Shown here piece by piece: positions 44,095-52,975 of a DNA stretch of 58,198 nt (its first letter is position 1; every line of letters starts with the position of its first letter). Below the pieces are notes generated by a model, which saw only the letters and a program-made list of their open reading frames with translations, made no database searches and was not told the origin of the DNA. The DNA lies in assembly GCA_023244855.1 (NCBI GenBank), contig JAHFLO010000003.1, forward strand, positions 1 to 58,198. Direction: 5' to 3'. The translations under genes and the position numbers were made by a program. Source of the DNA: Candidatus Harrisonbacteria bacterium. Lineage in GTDB: Bacteria; Patescibacteriota; Minisyncoccia; UBA6257; UBA11618.

Positions 44095-45556
44095 TGGAAT
44101 TTTTTCGTATAAGAGGCAGAAGCGCCCCCGCGATAATAAGCGCGAATATTCCGGTTTTATTCCAGCCCTCCGTATATTCTATAAAGCGGAAGAGCCACAC
44201 CGTTCCTAAAATAGCGAGGGATGTCATATATGCGATTACGGGAAATGGCCTTACGTTCCCATATGCCGTACGGTGCGAACAGAGCACTATGAGCGCGAAC
44301 GCGATACCGTCGAGATACGGCGACAAAGGGACGAAGATGCCGAAAAAAGAAAGTATTGGTACGATCGCCGCCATTGCGGCGAATGCCATGCAGGCAGCGC
44401 TTTCAAAATCAATGGCTTTGCGCTGGACTGATTCGTAAGCGAGCGTAATCCAGAACGGCGCCCCCAGTATCCAATATACGCTTACCGGTTTCATGATACC
44501 CAGTATGTTTTCCATTATGGCGAAATGTCTTCCTATCGCGAACATAATCGGCATAACGAATCCGAATATGATAAAGGCATGCCCTTTGAAGTTGTGCGTT
44601 TTGCGTGTTTTTCCGTAATAGAGCATGCCGCCAGCGAGAGAAATAACGCAAAAGAGAAAATAGAGGGCGTATATTCCATTCGTTTGCGGGTCGCGATGCG
44701 CATGCGCTTGGAGCGAAAGAAGCGGCTGTATGCCGTTTACGGATCGCATCCATTCAATTGCGGTCAGGGCGCTCGCCGCAATCGCCATGAAGAAAGCGCA
44801 GATGGTATCTTTTGCAGTTACGGATTCTCTTCCCTGCGCGGCTATCTTTACCATCGGCGTGAAGGCGTACGCTGCCGCGATCACGAGCGTTAACCATTGT
44901 TCCGAAAAAGCCGCGGCAAAACCCGCTATACATTCAACTCCGAGCCATACGGGATCGGGCTTTTTCGCGGTGCGCAGGAAGCTGATCGCCCATATGAAAA
45001 AAAAGGGCAATCCTACGACGAACTTAAGCCCTTGCGTAAACGGTATAAGGAGATAGGAAAAGGTGAACGCGAAGATGCCCATGACAAGGCCGCGCTTTGT
45101 TGCCCCAAGCGCAGAGCCGAGCATTGCAAAAGCGGTAACGCCCAGCACCCTACTTATGAGCGAAACGAGCAGGATAAGGGTCATATTATCCTGATGTAGG
45201 AAAAGCTGGAGCGCTCTCACCTCGAGAAACCACAGCCCAAGAAACGGCGGAATCGCAGTTTCGCGGTTTATAAGGGTCGGGGCATAACTGCTATGGAAAT
45301 CGCCATAAAATCCCCATGCGCTTTCAAGCGAATGATAGGCGATCGTCGTAAATCCTATGATATGGAAAAGTCCGAGAAATAGGAGAGTGGTTATAAGCAG
45401 GCGTTTTTGGGGATGCCTTCCAAGAAAGAAGCGTGCGGTAAGCATGGCACTGAGGGAGAGGGCGGTTATCGGCAGGGCGAGAAAGCCGAGATGTTCTACG
45501 GCGCGGTAGAGCGCAAGGACAATACCTGAGATAGCAAAAAACGGAAGTATGGCCAT
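44078..45556 (-). CDS. polytopic membrane protein, paralog A (uncharacterised family)
   Basis: 492 aa. It carries the same conserved blocks as 42132-43571. Confidence 0.6.
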   Translation of the reverse strand: MAILPFFAISGIVLALYRAVEHLGFLALPITALSLSAMLTARFFLGRHPQKRLLITTLLFLGLFHIIGFTTIAYHSLESAWGFYGDFHSSYAPTLINRETAIPPFLGLWFLEVRALQLFLHQDNMTLILLVSLISRVLGVTAFAMLGSALGATKRGLVMGIFAFTFSYLLIPFTQGLKFVVGLPFFFIWAISFLRTAKKPDPVWLGVECIAGFAAAFSEQWLTLVIAAAYAFTPMVKIAAQGRESVTAKDTICAFFMAIAASALTAIEWMRSVNGIQPLLSLQAHAHRDPQTNGIYALYFLFCVISLAGGMLYYGKTRKTHNFKGHAFIIFGFVMPIMFAIGRHFAIMENILGIMKPVSVYWILGAPFWITLAYESVQRKAIDFESAACMAFAAMAAIVPILSFFGIFVPLSPYLDGIAFALIVLCSHRTAYGNVRPFPVIAYMTSLAILGTVWLFRFIEYTEGWNKTGIFALIIAGALLPLIRKNSNEPTV

Positions 45557-45578
45557 TACTGAACAGTATACCTCGTAT

Positions 45579-47201
45579 CTAAAGCTTTTTTCTGTCTACG
45601 GAAAAAACGCGGACTTTCCATTGGGAATTAGTTTCGTAGTTGGAATACACCTGTTGTAGGTATGGCGGAAACGTTTCGCCGGTATATATGGAGAGGTATT
45701 TATCGGGGGCAAAAGCATAGCTTGTCTTTACCACTCCATCTAAAACGAGATAATCGACAGCATTTTTTTTAAGCCATGGGCGCAATGAGTCAATATCGTC
45801 GAATTTTCCCGGATATGCCGTTTCAAGTCCTGTGTGCGGTGCTATAACGTCGAACATTCCCCTGCCGCCGATACGCGCATCTGGTAATTGCATCGTAAGA
45901 ATGTCCGAGCCGTTACCGATGGCTATCTTCCCCTTTAGTCTAACGGAAAGCCAATTCGCCCATAGGGCGCCGTCGCGTGTTTGTACGTTCCTGTCTTTAG
46001 ATGTGAAGAGAAAGAACGAGAATATCCCGATCATGAAAAAGGCGGCGGTCGCGATACCGGCGCACATGAGGGCATCGCGCCGTTCCTTTTTGGTAATGAG
46101 CTCATTGAATTCATGCGCGGCGAGCACGATAAAGAGCGGTATAAGCGGCATGATATGGCGCGGATTGTAATAGATGTGGAAGACCGGAACGAGGCCGACG
46201 ATCCATACGAAAAACGCAATATATAGCGGATATATTTTTTTATTCGCGTATCCCCGCTCTGCGACGTTGCACGTCACCATTAGCAAGTACGGTAACGTAT
46301 TGAGGAATATGGTCGTTAGAAGTAGTACTAGCCCCCCTAAGGCGAATTTATCCGCATAATCCGTCACTGTGTGGGTAGATATGTACGTGCCGAACGGGAC
46401 TGCAGGTACGGCAGACCCCCATGCGTCCGTATACGTATCCGAAAAGTATTTGCTGTTTTCCCCGTAGTAGAACGCTGAACCAAACCATACTGCGCGTTGC
46501 AAGAGAAACGGGGTGGCAATAGCCCAAAACACCGCTATCGCGGCAGCAATGTAGGCGAGGCATCGTTTACCTTTTTTCCGTTCCCAGAGCCAATAGGAGA
46601 TGAGGATTACGGGTAGTATGAAGACGCCATTAGGCCGCACCCAGTAGGCAAGGCCGGCGACGCCTGTGCTTGCAAGAAGCATAGCGGGACGTTCTTGCGC
46701 CGCATAGAGGAGTGCTATGGAAATAAGAAATAGGAGTATGAAAAGAGGTTCGCTCATGGCAATCGCCCCGCTATGTTCGATTATGGTGAGAGGGAAAGCG
46801 AAGCAGAAAAATGCCATCGTGAGGATATGAGTCCGCGGCGACGGATCTACATGTTTTATTATGTAAATAAGGGGAAAAATACTTAGAGCCGAAAGCGCGC
46901 TTGCGAGCAATGAAGCGCTTACTAAGTTTTCGAAGATTGATACGTGTGGCACGAGCCGAAAGAGTCCTGCAAGTAGTAGGGGCCACCCTATAGCGTGGGT
47001 GCGTATCGGCGACCAATCACCGTGCGCTATTTCCAGTCCTTTCAGGACGTATATGTAGGGATCTGAACGCTGGAACGGGAAATTGGTAAGGTGCCAAAAA
47101 AGAAACGGAAAAAAATAACGTACAAGGAGCGTGAGCGCAAAGAAAAAGAAGATGGTGAGCCCTATCGACCGTTCCGCGCGGTTGAGAATATTTTTAAGCA
47201 T
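45579..47201 (-). CDS. GT-C-like (GT39/ArnT-PMT-like) membrane glycosyltransferase with a C-terminal soluble domain
   Basis: ~12 TM helices. The first loop, SDPYIYVLKGLEIAHGDW, resembles the DE..Y...A motif of GT39/83 enzymes. The C-terminal ~130 aa are hydrophilic. Confidence 0.5.
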   Translation of the reverse strand: MLKNILNRAERSIGLTIFFFFALTLLVRYFFPFLFWHLTNFPFQRSDPYIYVLKGLEIAHGDWSPIRTHAIGWPLLLAGLFRLVPHVSIFENLVSASLLASALSALSIFPLIYIIKHVDPSPRTHILTMAFFCFAFPLTIIEHSGAIAMSEPLFILLFLISIALLYAAQERPAMLLASTGVAGLAYWVRPNGVFILPVILISYWLWERKKGKRCLAYIAAAIAVFWAIATPFLLQRAVWFGSAFYYGENSKYFSDTYTDAWGSAVPAVPFGTYISTHTVTDYADKFALGGLVLLLTTIFLNTLPYLLMVTCNVAERGYANKKIYPLYIAFFVWIVGLVPVFHIYYNPRHIMPLIPLFIVLAAHEFNELITKKERRDALMCAGIATAAFFMIGIFSFFLFTSKDRNVQTRDGALWANWLSVRLKGKIAIGNGSDILTMQLPDARIGGRGMFDVIAPHTGLETAYPGKFDDIDSLRPWLKKNAVDYLVLDGVVKTSYAFAPDKYLSIYTGETFPPYLQQVYSNYETNSQWKVRVFSVDRKKL

Positions 47202-48264
47202 GGGCTGTATTTCTTATGAATCGTCTGCGTGCCCATGCGTTTACCGGTTTTTCGATAAGAATGTATGAAAGGCCGGCGCACGGGATGAGTAATAATGGCA
47301 CTGCAAACGGAGAATATGCTCCATATCGGTTTGAAAGGTCGGTAAAGGGCTGTTGCCAGAGATATATACTGTAGGACGCCATTCCGATTTTTGCTATAGC
47401 GGAAAAGAAACGCGATGAGGTCAATTTCTTGATATCGTATGTTAATGAAATCACGCAAAGCGCACCAAGAGGAAAAAAGGCGCGCAATATCTGGAAGTAA
47501 TGGGCATGGCTCCGTATATCGGTAAGTGCGGGAATCGCGATTGTCATTATAGTTAGCACGGCGACGCATTGGAGGCGCCACTCACGGATTATTTTTCTGA
47601 AAACAGGGCTTATTGCATAGAGTGCGCCGACAATGATATGCGCGAACGAGATTCCGTTATCGATCCAATCATACATAAAAAATCCAGAGAATGAGAGGGC
47701 TATGAGGGAGAGGATTAGAATTTTGACGTAGTTTGGGCGGATGAAGGGGGTAGTTAAAAGGAGGAATGCAGGCCAAAAAAGATAAAATTGCTCTTCTATG
47801 GAAAGGCTCCATAAATGACCGAAATTCCATCCGCATTCCATTCCGATCGGGATATTTGCGAGAAACGCTACGCACGGTACCCGTACGTCTGTAACCGACA
47901 GCCATCCTATATGCCCTGATATGAAAATAAAAAGGAGATATACGCAATACGCCGGAAGGATTCTTAAGAATCTTCGAATATAGAATAGGCGCGCGTTTAT
48001 TCTGCCGTGCGTAGCCTCTTCTTCGATAAGCATTTTAGTTATGATGTATCCGCTTATGACGAAAAATATTTTTACGCCGAGACCTCCTAATCTTGATCCT
48101 ATGATAGGGATCCATTCGAGCGTTCGTTCGTGGGCAGTGCCGTAAAAAATATGATGGAAACGGAACCACGTAAAATGATGAACAAGAACTAATAGGATGC
48201 TTATCCCCCGCCAGAAGTCGAGTATCGTATCACGCCCGTTTTTAAGCGGTTGGGGTTCTTCCAT
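47194..48264 (-). CDS. acyltransferase family 3 (OafA/OatA-type O-acetyltransferase) membrane protein
   Basis: ILDFWRGISILLVLVHH N-terminal motif, ~10 TM helices, and SYSIYLWQ near the C-terminus. Confidence 0.75.
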   Translation of the reverse strand: MEEPQPLKNGRDTILDFWRGISILLVLVHHFTWFRFHHIFYGTAHERTLEWIPIIGSRLGGLGVKIFFVISGYIITKMLIEEEATHGRINARLFYIRRFLRILPAYCVYLLFIFISGHIGWLSVTDVRVPCVAFLANIPIGMECGWNFGHLWSLSIEEQFYLFWPAFLLLTTPFIRPNYVKILILSLIALSFSGFFMYDWIDNGISFAHIIVGALYAISPVFRKIIREWRLQCVAVLTIMTIAIPALTDIRSHAHYFQILRAFFPLGALCVISLTYDIKKLTSSRFFSAIAKIGMASYSIYLWQQPFTDLSNRYGAYSPFAVPLLLIPCAGLSYILIEKPVNAWARRRFIRNTAHA

Positions 48265-49699
48265 GACTTCCTTTTTCGAAATATTCCGCTTCCCCGCCGA
48301 CGGCTTCTATGTCTTCGCGCACGCCTGTAATGACGCTCCGTGCCGCCATAATGCCCATTTCGAGCGAGTGGTCTTGGTTGTTATAGCGGAACCTGCCGGG
48401 GCGGCCGATGTAATACAGGTTTTCGAAGCGGTCTAAATAGGCTTTTACTGCATCTACATATGTTTTGTATTCGGTGTCGTAGATTGGGTAGACCTTTTTT
48501 TGGCGTATGAGGTAGCTCTGCCGTACTTCGCTCCGTTTGCAGAAGCCGAGGGGTTCGAGGTGCTTCATCGCCATTTCGAGCAGTTCTTCTTTCGTTGCGT
48601 TCCAGACGGCGTCCCCCTCGAAGCAGAAAAATTCCAAAAAGAGCGACGTTTTTCCGTGTGGACTCATTTTTTGGCTGAAATTATTCATCTCCGTAATCCT
48701 GCCGAAGGGAATATGTTTTTCGGGGAAATAGATCCATTGGTCTCGCGTAATGCGTTCCTTATCGAGGGTGATGAAGAGATATACTTGGTCGCGGTAGCGC
48801 ATTTTTTCCGCGGCCGCCATAATTGCCGCGGGCGGGGCAGGGTCGAGCAATTTTAAAAATTCCTTCGGGGGGATGCTTTCAATGAGCGTCTTTGGGGTTA
48901 TTTCTTTTAGCGCTCCTTTTACGGATACCGTAAGTCCCGTTATGCGGTTGTTATGGTGGCGTATGCGCACCGGATAGCTTTCGAGCTCTACGGGATCGCC
49001 CGCATCCGCAATCTTTTTCGCGATGGTTTCATAAATAAGCCCCGTGCCGTATTCAGGGTAATAGAAGCTATCGACGAGCGTGCGGAGCCCTTTCGTGCGG
49101 AAAAGGCCGAGCGTTCGTTCTACGGCGGCTTTGATAAGGAATCCAACAGACAGTCCTTTGATGCGTTGTGTCGCCCAGTCGGTATGTATGGTGTTCGCTT
49201 TCACACCCCAGATCTTTTCTGTGTAGTTGATCATGTTGAACTCGGCGAGCGTCCGGCCGAAGTGCGCGACGACGTGATCTTCGAAATGGCGGATGGGTTT
49301 TTTAAAGAGCCCGTAGCGGATTTGCGCTATGGAGTAATCCGCCACCATGCGCACGGCTTTGCGCGGCCCAATGTTAGCGAGTGCTTGCGCGGGGTTGATG
49401 GGGTAGTCGTAGAATTTACCCGCGATGAATTGCCGCGTTTGACGTTTAACTTCTATCCAGTTTTCCTTTATAAGTCCCTCGATAAAGCCATACAGATAGG
49501 GGTTCTTCGAAAAGAAGCGGTGCGGGCCGTTGTCCGTGCGGAACGTAAGTCCATCCGGCTCCGTAAACGAATACGTTTTAGCGAGGCCGCCGACGCGGCT
49601 AGACTTTTCATAGAGCGTAAATTTCTTTCCGGCGCGGGAAAGCTCCATCGCGGCAGCGAGCCCCGCGGGACCGGCACCCAGAATGCACGTTTCTTCCAT
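48242..49699 (-). CDS. FAD-dependent oxidoreductase, UDP-galactopyranose-mutase-like
   Basis: N-terminal Rossmann ILGAGPAGLAAAMEL...YEKSSRVGGL. The C-terminal YYIGRPGRFRYNNQDHSLEMG resembles the GRLxxYxYxxMDxxI motif of Glf-type mutases. The substrate is not inferable. Confidence 0.5.
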   Translation of the reverse strand: MEETCILGAGPAGLAAAMELSRAGKKFTLYEKSSRVGGLAKTYSFTEPDGLTFRTDNGPHRFFSKNPYLYGFIEGLIKENWIEVKRQTRQFIAGKFYDYPINPAQALANIGPRKAVRMVADYSIAQIRYGLFKKPIRHFEDHVVAHFGRTLAEFNMINYTEKIWGVKANTIHTDWATQRIKGLSVGFLIKAAVERTLGLFRTKGLRTLVDSFYYPEYGTGLIYETIAKKIADAGDPVELESYPVRIRHHNNRITGLTVSVKGALKEITPKTLIESIPPKEFLKLLDPAPPAAIMAAAEKMRYRDQVYLFITLDKERITRDQWIYFPEKHIPFGRITEMNNFSQKMSPHGKTSLFLEFFCFEGDAVWNATKEELLEMAMKHLEPLGFCKRSEVRQSYLIRQKKVYPIYDTEYKTYVDAVKAYLDRFENLYYIGRPGRFRYNNQDHSLEMGIMAARSVITGVREDIEAVGGEAEYFEKGSHGRTPTA

Positions 49700-49725
49700 C
49701 CGCTCATCGTACCGGCATTATGGAA

Positions 49726-49760
49726 TAAAAAAAAGACGTCCCTCTGTGGGACGCTTTTTC
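49726..49760 (-). terminator. rho-independent terminator after rplK
   Basis: Stem CGTCCC / GGGACG (49737-49742 / 49748-49753). The minus-strand reading is followed by TTTTTTTT. Confidence 0.65.
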
Positions 49761-49776
49761 TCGTAATGGGTATTTT

Positions 49777-50202
49777 TTACCCTTCTATTTTGATACCCAT
49801 GTTCTTCGCGGTGCCTTCGATCATGCGGCCGGCCGCGGGGATGTCGTAGACGTTCAAGTCCGGCAACTTCCGTTCCGCAATCGCGTTTACGTGCGCGCGG
49901 GTTACTTTACCGACGATCTTCTTCGCACCTTCGGCGGAGCCCTTTTCAATGCCGGCGTATTTCTTTAAAAGCGCGGCCACCGGCGGGGTCTTTAGCTTGA
50001 ACTCGAAGCTGCGGTCTTCGAAGACCGTGATTTCCGCAGGGACGACGTCTCCCATCATATCCTTCGTCGCTTCGTTGAAGCGCTTACAGAAGTCTTGGAT
50101 ATTTACGCCGTGCTGGCCGAGCGCGGGGCCGACGGGCGGCGTCGGCAGGGCCTTGCCGGCTTCGATCTGTAATTTTAATACTGTCTTAATAGGCTTTGCC
50201 AT
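49777..50202 (-). CDS. rplK: 50S ribosomal protein L11
   Basis: [34 protein letters not shown] is the L11 signature. Confidence 0.95.
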   Translation of the reverse strand: MAKPIKTVLKLQIEAGKALPTPPVGPALGQHGVNIQDFCKRFNEATKDMMGDVVPAEITVFEDRSFEFKLKTPPVAALLKKYAGIEKGSAEGAKKIVGKVTRAHVNAIAERKLPDLNVYDIPAAGRMIEGTAKNMGIKIEG

Positions 50203-50214
50203 ATATTTGTTATT

Positions 50215-50778
50215 TTAGAGTTTCTGTATCTGCAACGAATCGAGTTCGACCATCGTGTCCCTGCCGAAGATTGGCGCGAGGACCTTCACTTTACCCTTCG
50301 CCTCGTCCACTTCCGAGACCTTCGCCTCGTAGTCCTTGAAAGGGCCGTCGGTTATTTTAACCATATCGCCAGGGCGGACGTCAATCGCGAAGCTTGTCTT
50401 TGTATCCCCCATGCGCGCCATCAACACGTCTATTTCATCCTTCGAAAGCGGCGTCGGCTGGGTGCTGTCTGCGCCCACGAAGCCTGTTACGCGGGGCGTA
50501 TTACGCACCAAGTACCACGAGTCGTCGGTAAGTACCATGTCTACGAGTACGTACCCGGGGTAGATCTTTTCTTCAATCTCGCGGCGCTTGCCGTTCTTAA
50601 TCTTAATTAATTTTTCTTTCGGCACGAGCACGTCGAAAATCTTATCGTCCATGCCTAAGGACTCCACGCGTTGCTTCACGTAGCGCACCACGGCGTCTTC
50701 ATAGCCGGAGTAGGTACGGATGGCATACCAGTGGCGGCCTTCGCCTTTCTGCTTCTTAGATTGGGTTATCGGCATCAT
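50215..50778 (-). CDS. nusG: transcription termination/antitermination factor NusG
   Basis: NGN domain WYAIRTYSGYE...PGYVLV and a KOW motif GDMVKITDGPFKDYEAKV. Confidence 0.95.
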   Translation of the reverse strand: MMPITQSKKQKGEGRHWYAIRTYSGYEDAVVRYVKQRVESLGMDDKIFDVLVPKEKLIKIKNGKRREIEEKIYPGYVLVDMVLTDDSWYLVRNTPRVTGFVGADSTQPTPLSKDEIDVLMARMGDTKTSFAIDVRPGDMVKITDGPFKDYEAKVSEVDEAKGKVKVLAPIFGRDTMVELDSLQIQKL

Positions 50779-50782
50779 ATGG

Positions 50783-50968
50783 TTATTGGAGCAAATAGTT
50801 GTTCAAGGCGTAGAGAAGCGCGTAGTCGACGGCGCCGAGGAAGGCGGCGATGCCGATAGAAAGCACGACAACTACGGCCGTCATGCGGATGGTTTCTTGC
50901 GCTGTCGGCCAGTTGATTTTGCTAAATTCGGCGCGCGCTTCGGTGAAGAAGGATGTAAGGCGGTTCAT
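50783..50968 (-). CDS. secE: preprotein translocase subunit SecE
   Basis: 61 aa. FFTEARAEFSKINWPT followed by a single TM helix, immediately upstream of nusG. Confidence 0.85.
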   Translation of the reverse strand: MNRLTSFFTEARAEFSKINWPTAQETIRMTAVVVVLSIGIAAFLGAVDYALLYALNNYLLQ

Positions 50969-50976
50969 TGGGTTCT

Positions 50977-51005
50977 ATAATACCAAGTTCGGGTAAAAAG
51001 TGCAA
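50977..51005 (-). promoter_or_regulatory. putative promoter of secE-nusG-rplK (near-leaderless)
   Basis: Minus strand TTGCAC (51005-51000), 17-nt spacer, TGgTATTAT (TATTAT = 50982-50977). Only 8 nt separate the -10 from the secE ATG, and there is no SD. Confidence 0.5.
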
Positions 51006-51012
51006 TAAGCCT

Positions 51013-52947
51013 CTAAGTATCGATGTTTTTGACGGATAAGGCGTGGGTTTGGATGAAGTGCTTACGGGGCTCTACTTCCGAACCCATTAAGATATCGAAG
51101 AGTTTATTGGCGTCTTCGGCGTCCGCTACCGTTACCTGCTGGAGAATACGGTTTGCAGGGTCCATGGTCGTTTCCCATAGCTGTTCGGGGTTCATTTCAC
51201 CGAGACCTTTGTAGCGCTGGACGTTCGCCTCCGGCATGGTCTTTAAGATGCGGTCTTTGTCTGCGTCGTCGTAGGCGTACTGCACGGTCTTACCCTTGTT
51301 GATCTTGTAGAGCGGCGGCTGAGCGATGTAGATGTAGCCACCTGCTATTAAGGGTTCGAAGTGGCGGTAAAAAAGCGTAAGGAGGAGCGTCCTGATGTGC
51401 GCGCCGTCAACGTCGGCGTCTGTCATGATGACGATCTTATGGTAGCGGAGCTTAGAAAGGTCGAAGGATTCGGCAATGGCGGTGCCAAGGGCGATTACAA
51501 GGAACTTAATTTCTTGGAACGCGATGATCTTGTCCATGCGCGCCTTTTCAACGTTTAAAATCTTTCCACGGAGTGGAAGTATCGCCTGCGTGCGGCGGTC
51601 GCGGCCCATCTTGGCCGAGCCGCCCGCAGAGTCTCCCTCAACGATGAAGAGTTCGGATTCTGCCGGATGTTTACTCGAGCAGTCCGCGAGCTTACCCGGG
51701 AGCGTAAGGCCTTCGAGTACGCCTTTGCGGAGCACAGTGTCTTTTGCGGCTTTTGCAGCTTTACGGGCTTTTGCAATAAGGAGACAGCGCGCGACGATCT
51801 TTTTAGCATCGTCGTCATTACGCTCCAAAAAGTCCTTAAAGGCTTCGGCTACGACGGTTTCCACCGCTGCGCGGGCTTCGGTGGTGCCGAGCTTGGATTT
51901 CGTTTGGCCTTCAAACTGCGGTTCGGGGAGTTTTACGGAAATTATGGAAACGAGGCCGTCGCGTACGTCGTCGCCTGTAAGGTTTTCATCCGCGGACTTA
52001 ATAGCGTTCTTCGCGCGGGCAACGTCGTTAACCACGCGGGTGATCGCGGAGCGGAAGCCCGTGACGTGCGTACCGCCTTCGGGCGTGTGAATGTTATTGG
52101 CGAAGCTAAGCTCTTTCGTATCGAGCGTATTCGTATACGTACAGGCGACTTCTACGCTGATAGGGCCGACGGCTTTTTCAACATAAAACTGTTCGGACTG
52201 GAGCGGGGTCGGTTCGTCTGTAAGGCTCTTAATGAAGGATTTGAGCCCCCCGTCGAAGTAGAAGTTGTAATAGACGGGCGCATCCTCTTTGCGGGTATCG
52301 GAAATTTCTATATTAATCCCCTTCGTGAGGTACGCCTGCTGGCGTACGTAGTGGAGGATCTTATGTAGGTCGTATTCGGTAACAGGAAAGATTGTGGAGT
52401 CGGCGCGGAAGAGCACACGCGTGCCGGTAGCGCCCCAAAACGGCGCTTTGGAAGAGCTGCCGACTTTCTTTATTTTCGTTTTCGGGATACCGCACGAATA
52501 TTCTTGTTCGTAGAGCGACCCCTCGCGCGAAACCTGTACGACGCACTTCGTAGACAGGGCGTTTACGACGGAGACGCCCACGCCGTGGAGGCCGCCGGAT
52601 ACTTTGTACGACTCGCCGCCGAACTTACCGCCGGCGTGGAGCTTCGTTAAAACGGTTTCCAAGGCGGATACACCTGTTTGTGCGTGCACTTCTACGGGGA
52701 TACCGCGGCCGTCGTCCTTAATGGCGATGGTGTCGTCTGGCAGGATCTCCATCACGATATTTTTGGCGTGCCCCGCCATTGCTTCGTCGATGGAGTTGTT
52801 TAAAACCTCCCACACTAAGTGGTGTAGGCCGTCGACTCCCGTGGAGCCGATATACATGCCGGGGCGCTTACGTACCGGATCAAGCCCTTCGAGAACGAAG
52901 ATATCCTTAGCCCCGTACGATGGTTTTTTCGCCTTATCTTCTGCCAT
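51013..52947 (-). CDS. gyrB: DNA gyrase subunit B
   Basis: GHKL ATPase motifs (LEGLDPVRKRPGMYIG, EVLNNSIDEA, GLHGVG) and a Toprim domain (ELFIVEGDSAGGSA, PLRGKILNVE, IMTDADVDGAHI). Confidence 0.95.
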   Translation of the reverse strand: MAEDKAKKPSYGAKDIFVLEGLDPVRKRPGMYIGSTGVDGLHHLVWEVLNNSIDEAMAGHAKNIVMEILPDDTIAIKDDGRGIPVEVHAQTGVSALETVLTKLHAGGKFGGESYKVSGGLHGVGVSVVNALSTKCVVQVSREGSLYEQEYSCGIPKTKIKKVGSSSKAPFWGATGTRVLFRADSTIFPVTEYDLHKILHYVRQQAYLTKGINIEISDTRKEDAPVYYNFYFDGGLKSFIKSLTDEPTPLQSEQFYVEKAVGPISVEVACTYTNTLDTKELSFANNIHTPEGGTHVTGFRSAITRVVNDVARAKNAIKSADENLTGDDVRDGLVSIISVKLPEPQFEGQTKSKLGTTEARAAVETVVAEAFKDFLERNDDDAKKIVARCLLIAKARKAAKAAKDTVLRKGVLEGLTLPGKLADCSSKHPAESELFIVEGDSAGGSAKMGRDRRTQAILPLRGKILNVEKARMDKIIAFQEIKFLVIALGTAIAESFDLSKLRYHKIVIMTDADVDGAHIRTLLLTLFYRHFEPLIAGGYIYIAQPPLYKINKGKTVQYAYDDADKDRILKTMPEANVQRYKGLGEMNPEQLWETTMDPANRILQQVTVADAEDANKLFDILMGSEVEPRKHFIQTHALSVKNIDT

Positions 52948-52975
52948 GTTTCAGTACCTTAGTATACCTTAAAAA

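Noticed and set aside
48953-49849. 298-aa plus-strand ORF.
   Set aside because: It is antisense to the FAD-dependent oxidoreductase gene, which has a clear GxGxxG Rossmann start, and it extends into rplK. It is Arg/Phe-rich shadow-frame composition with no motifs.
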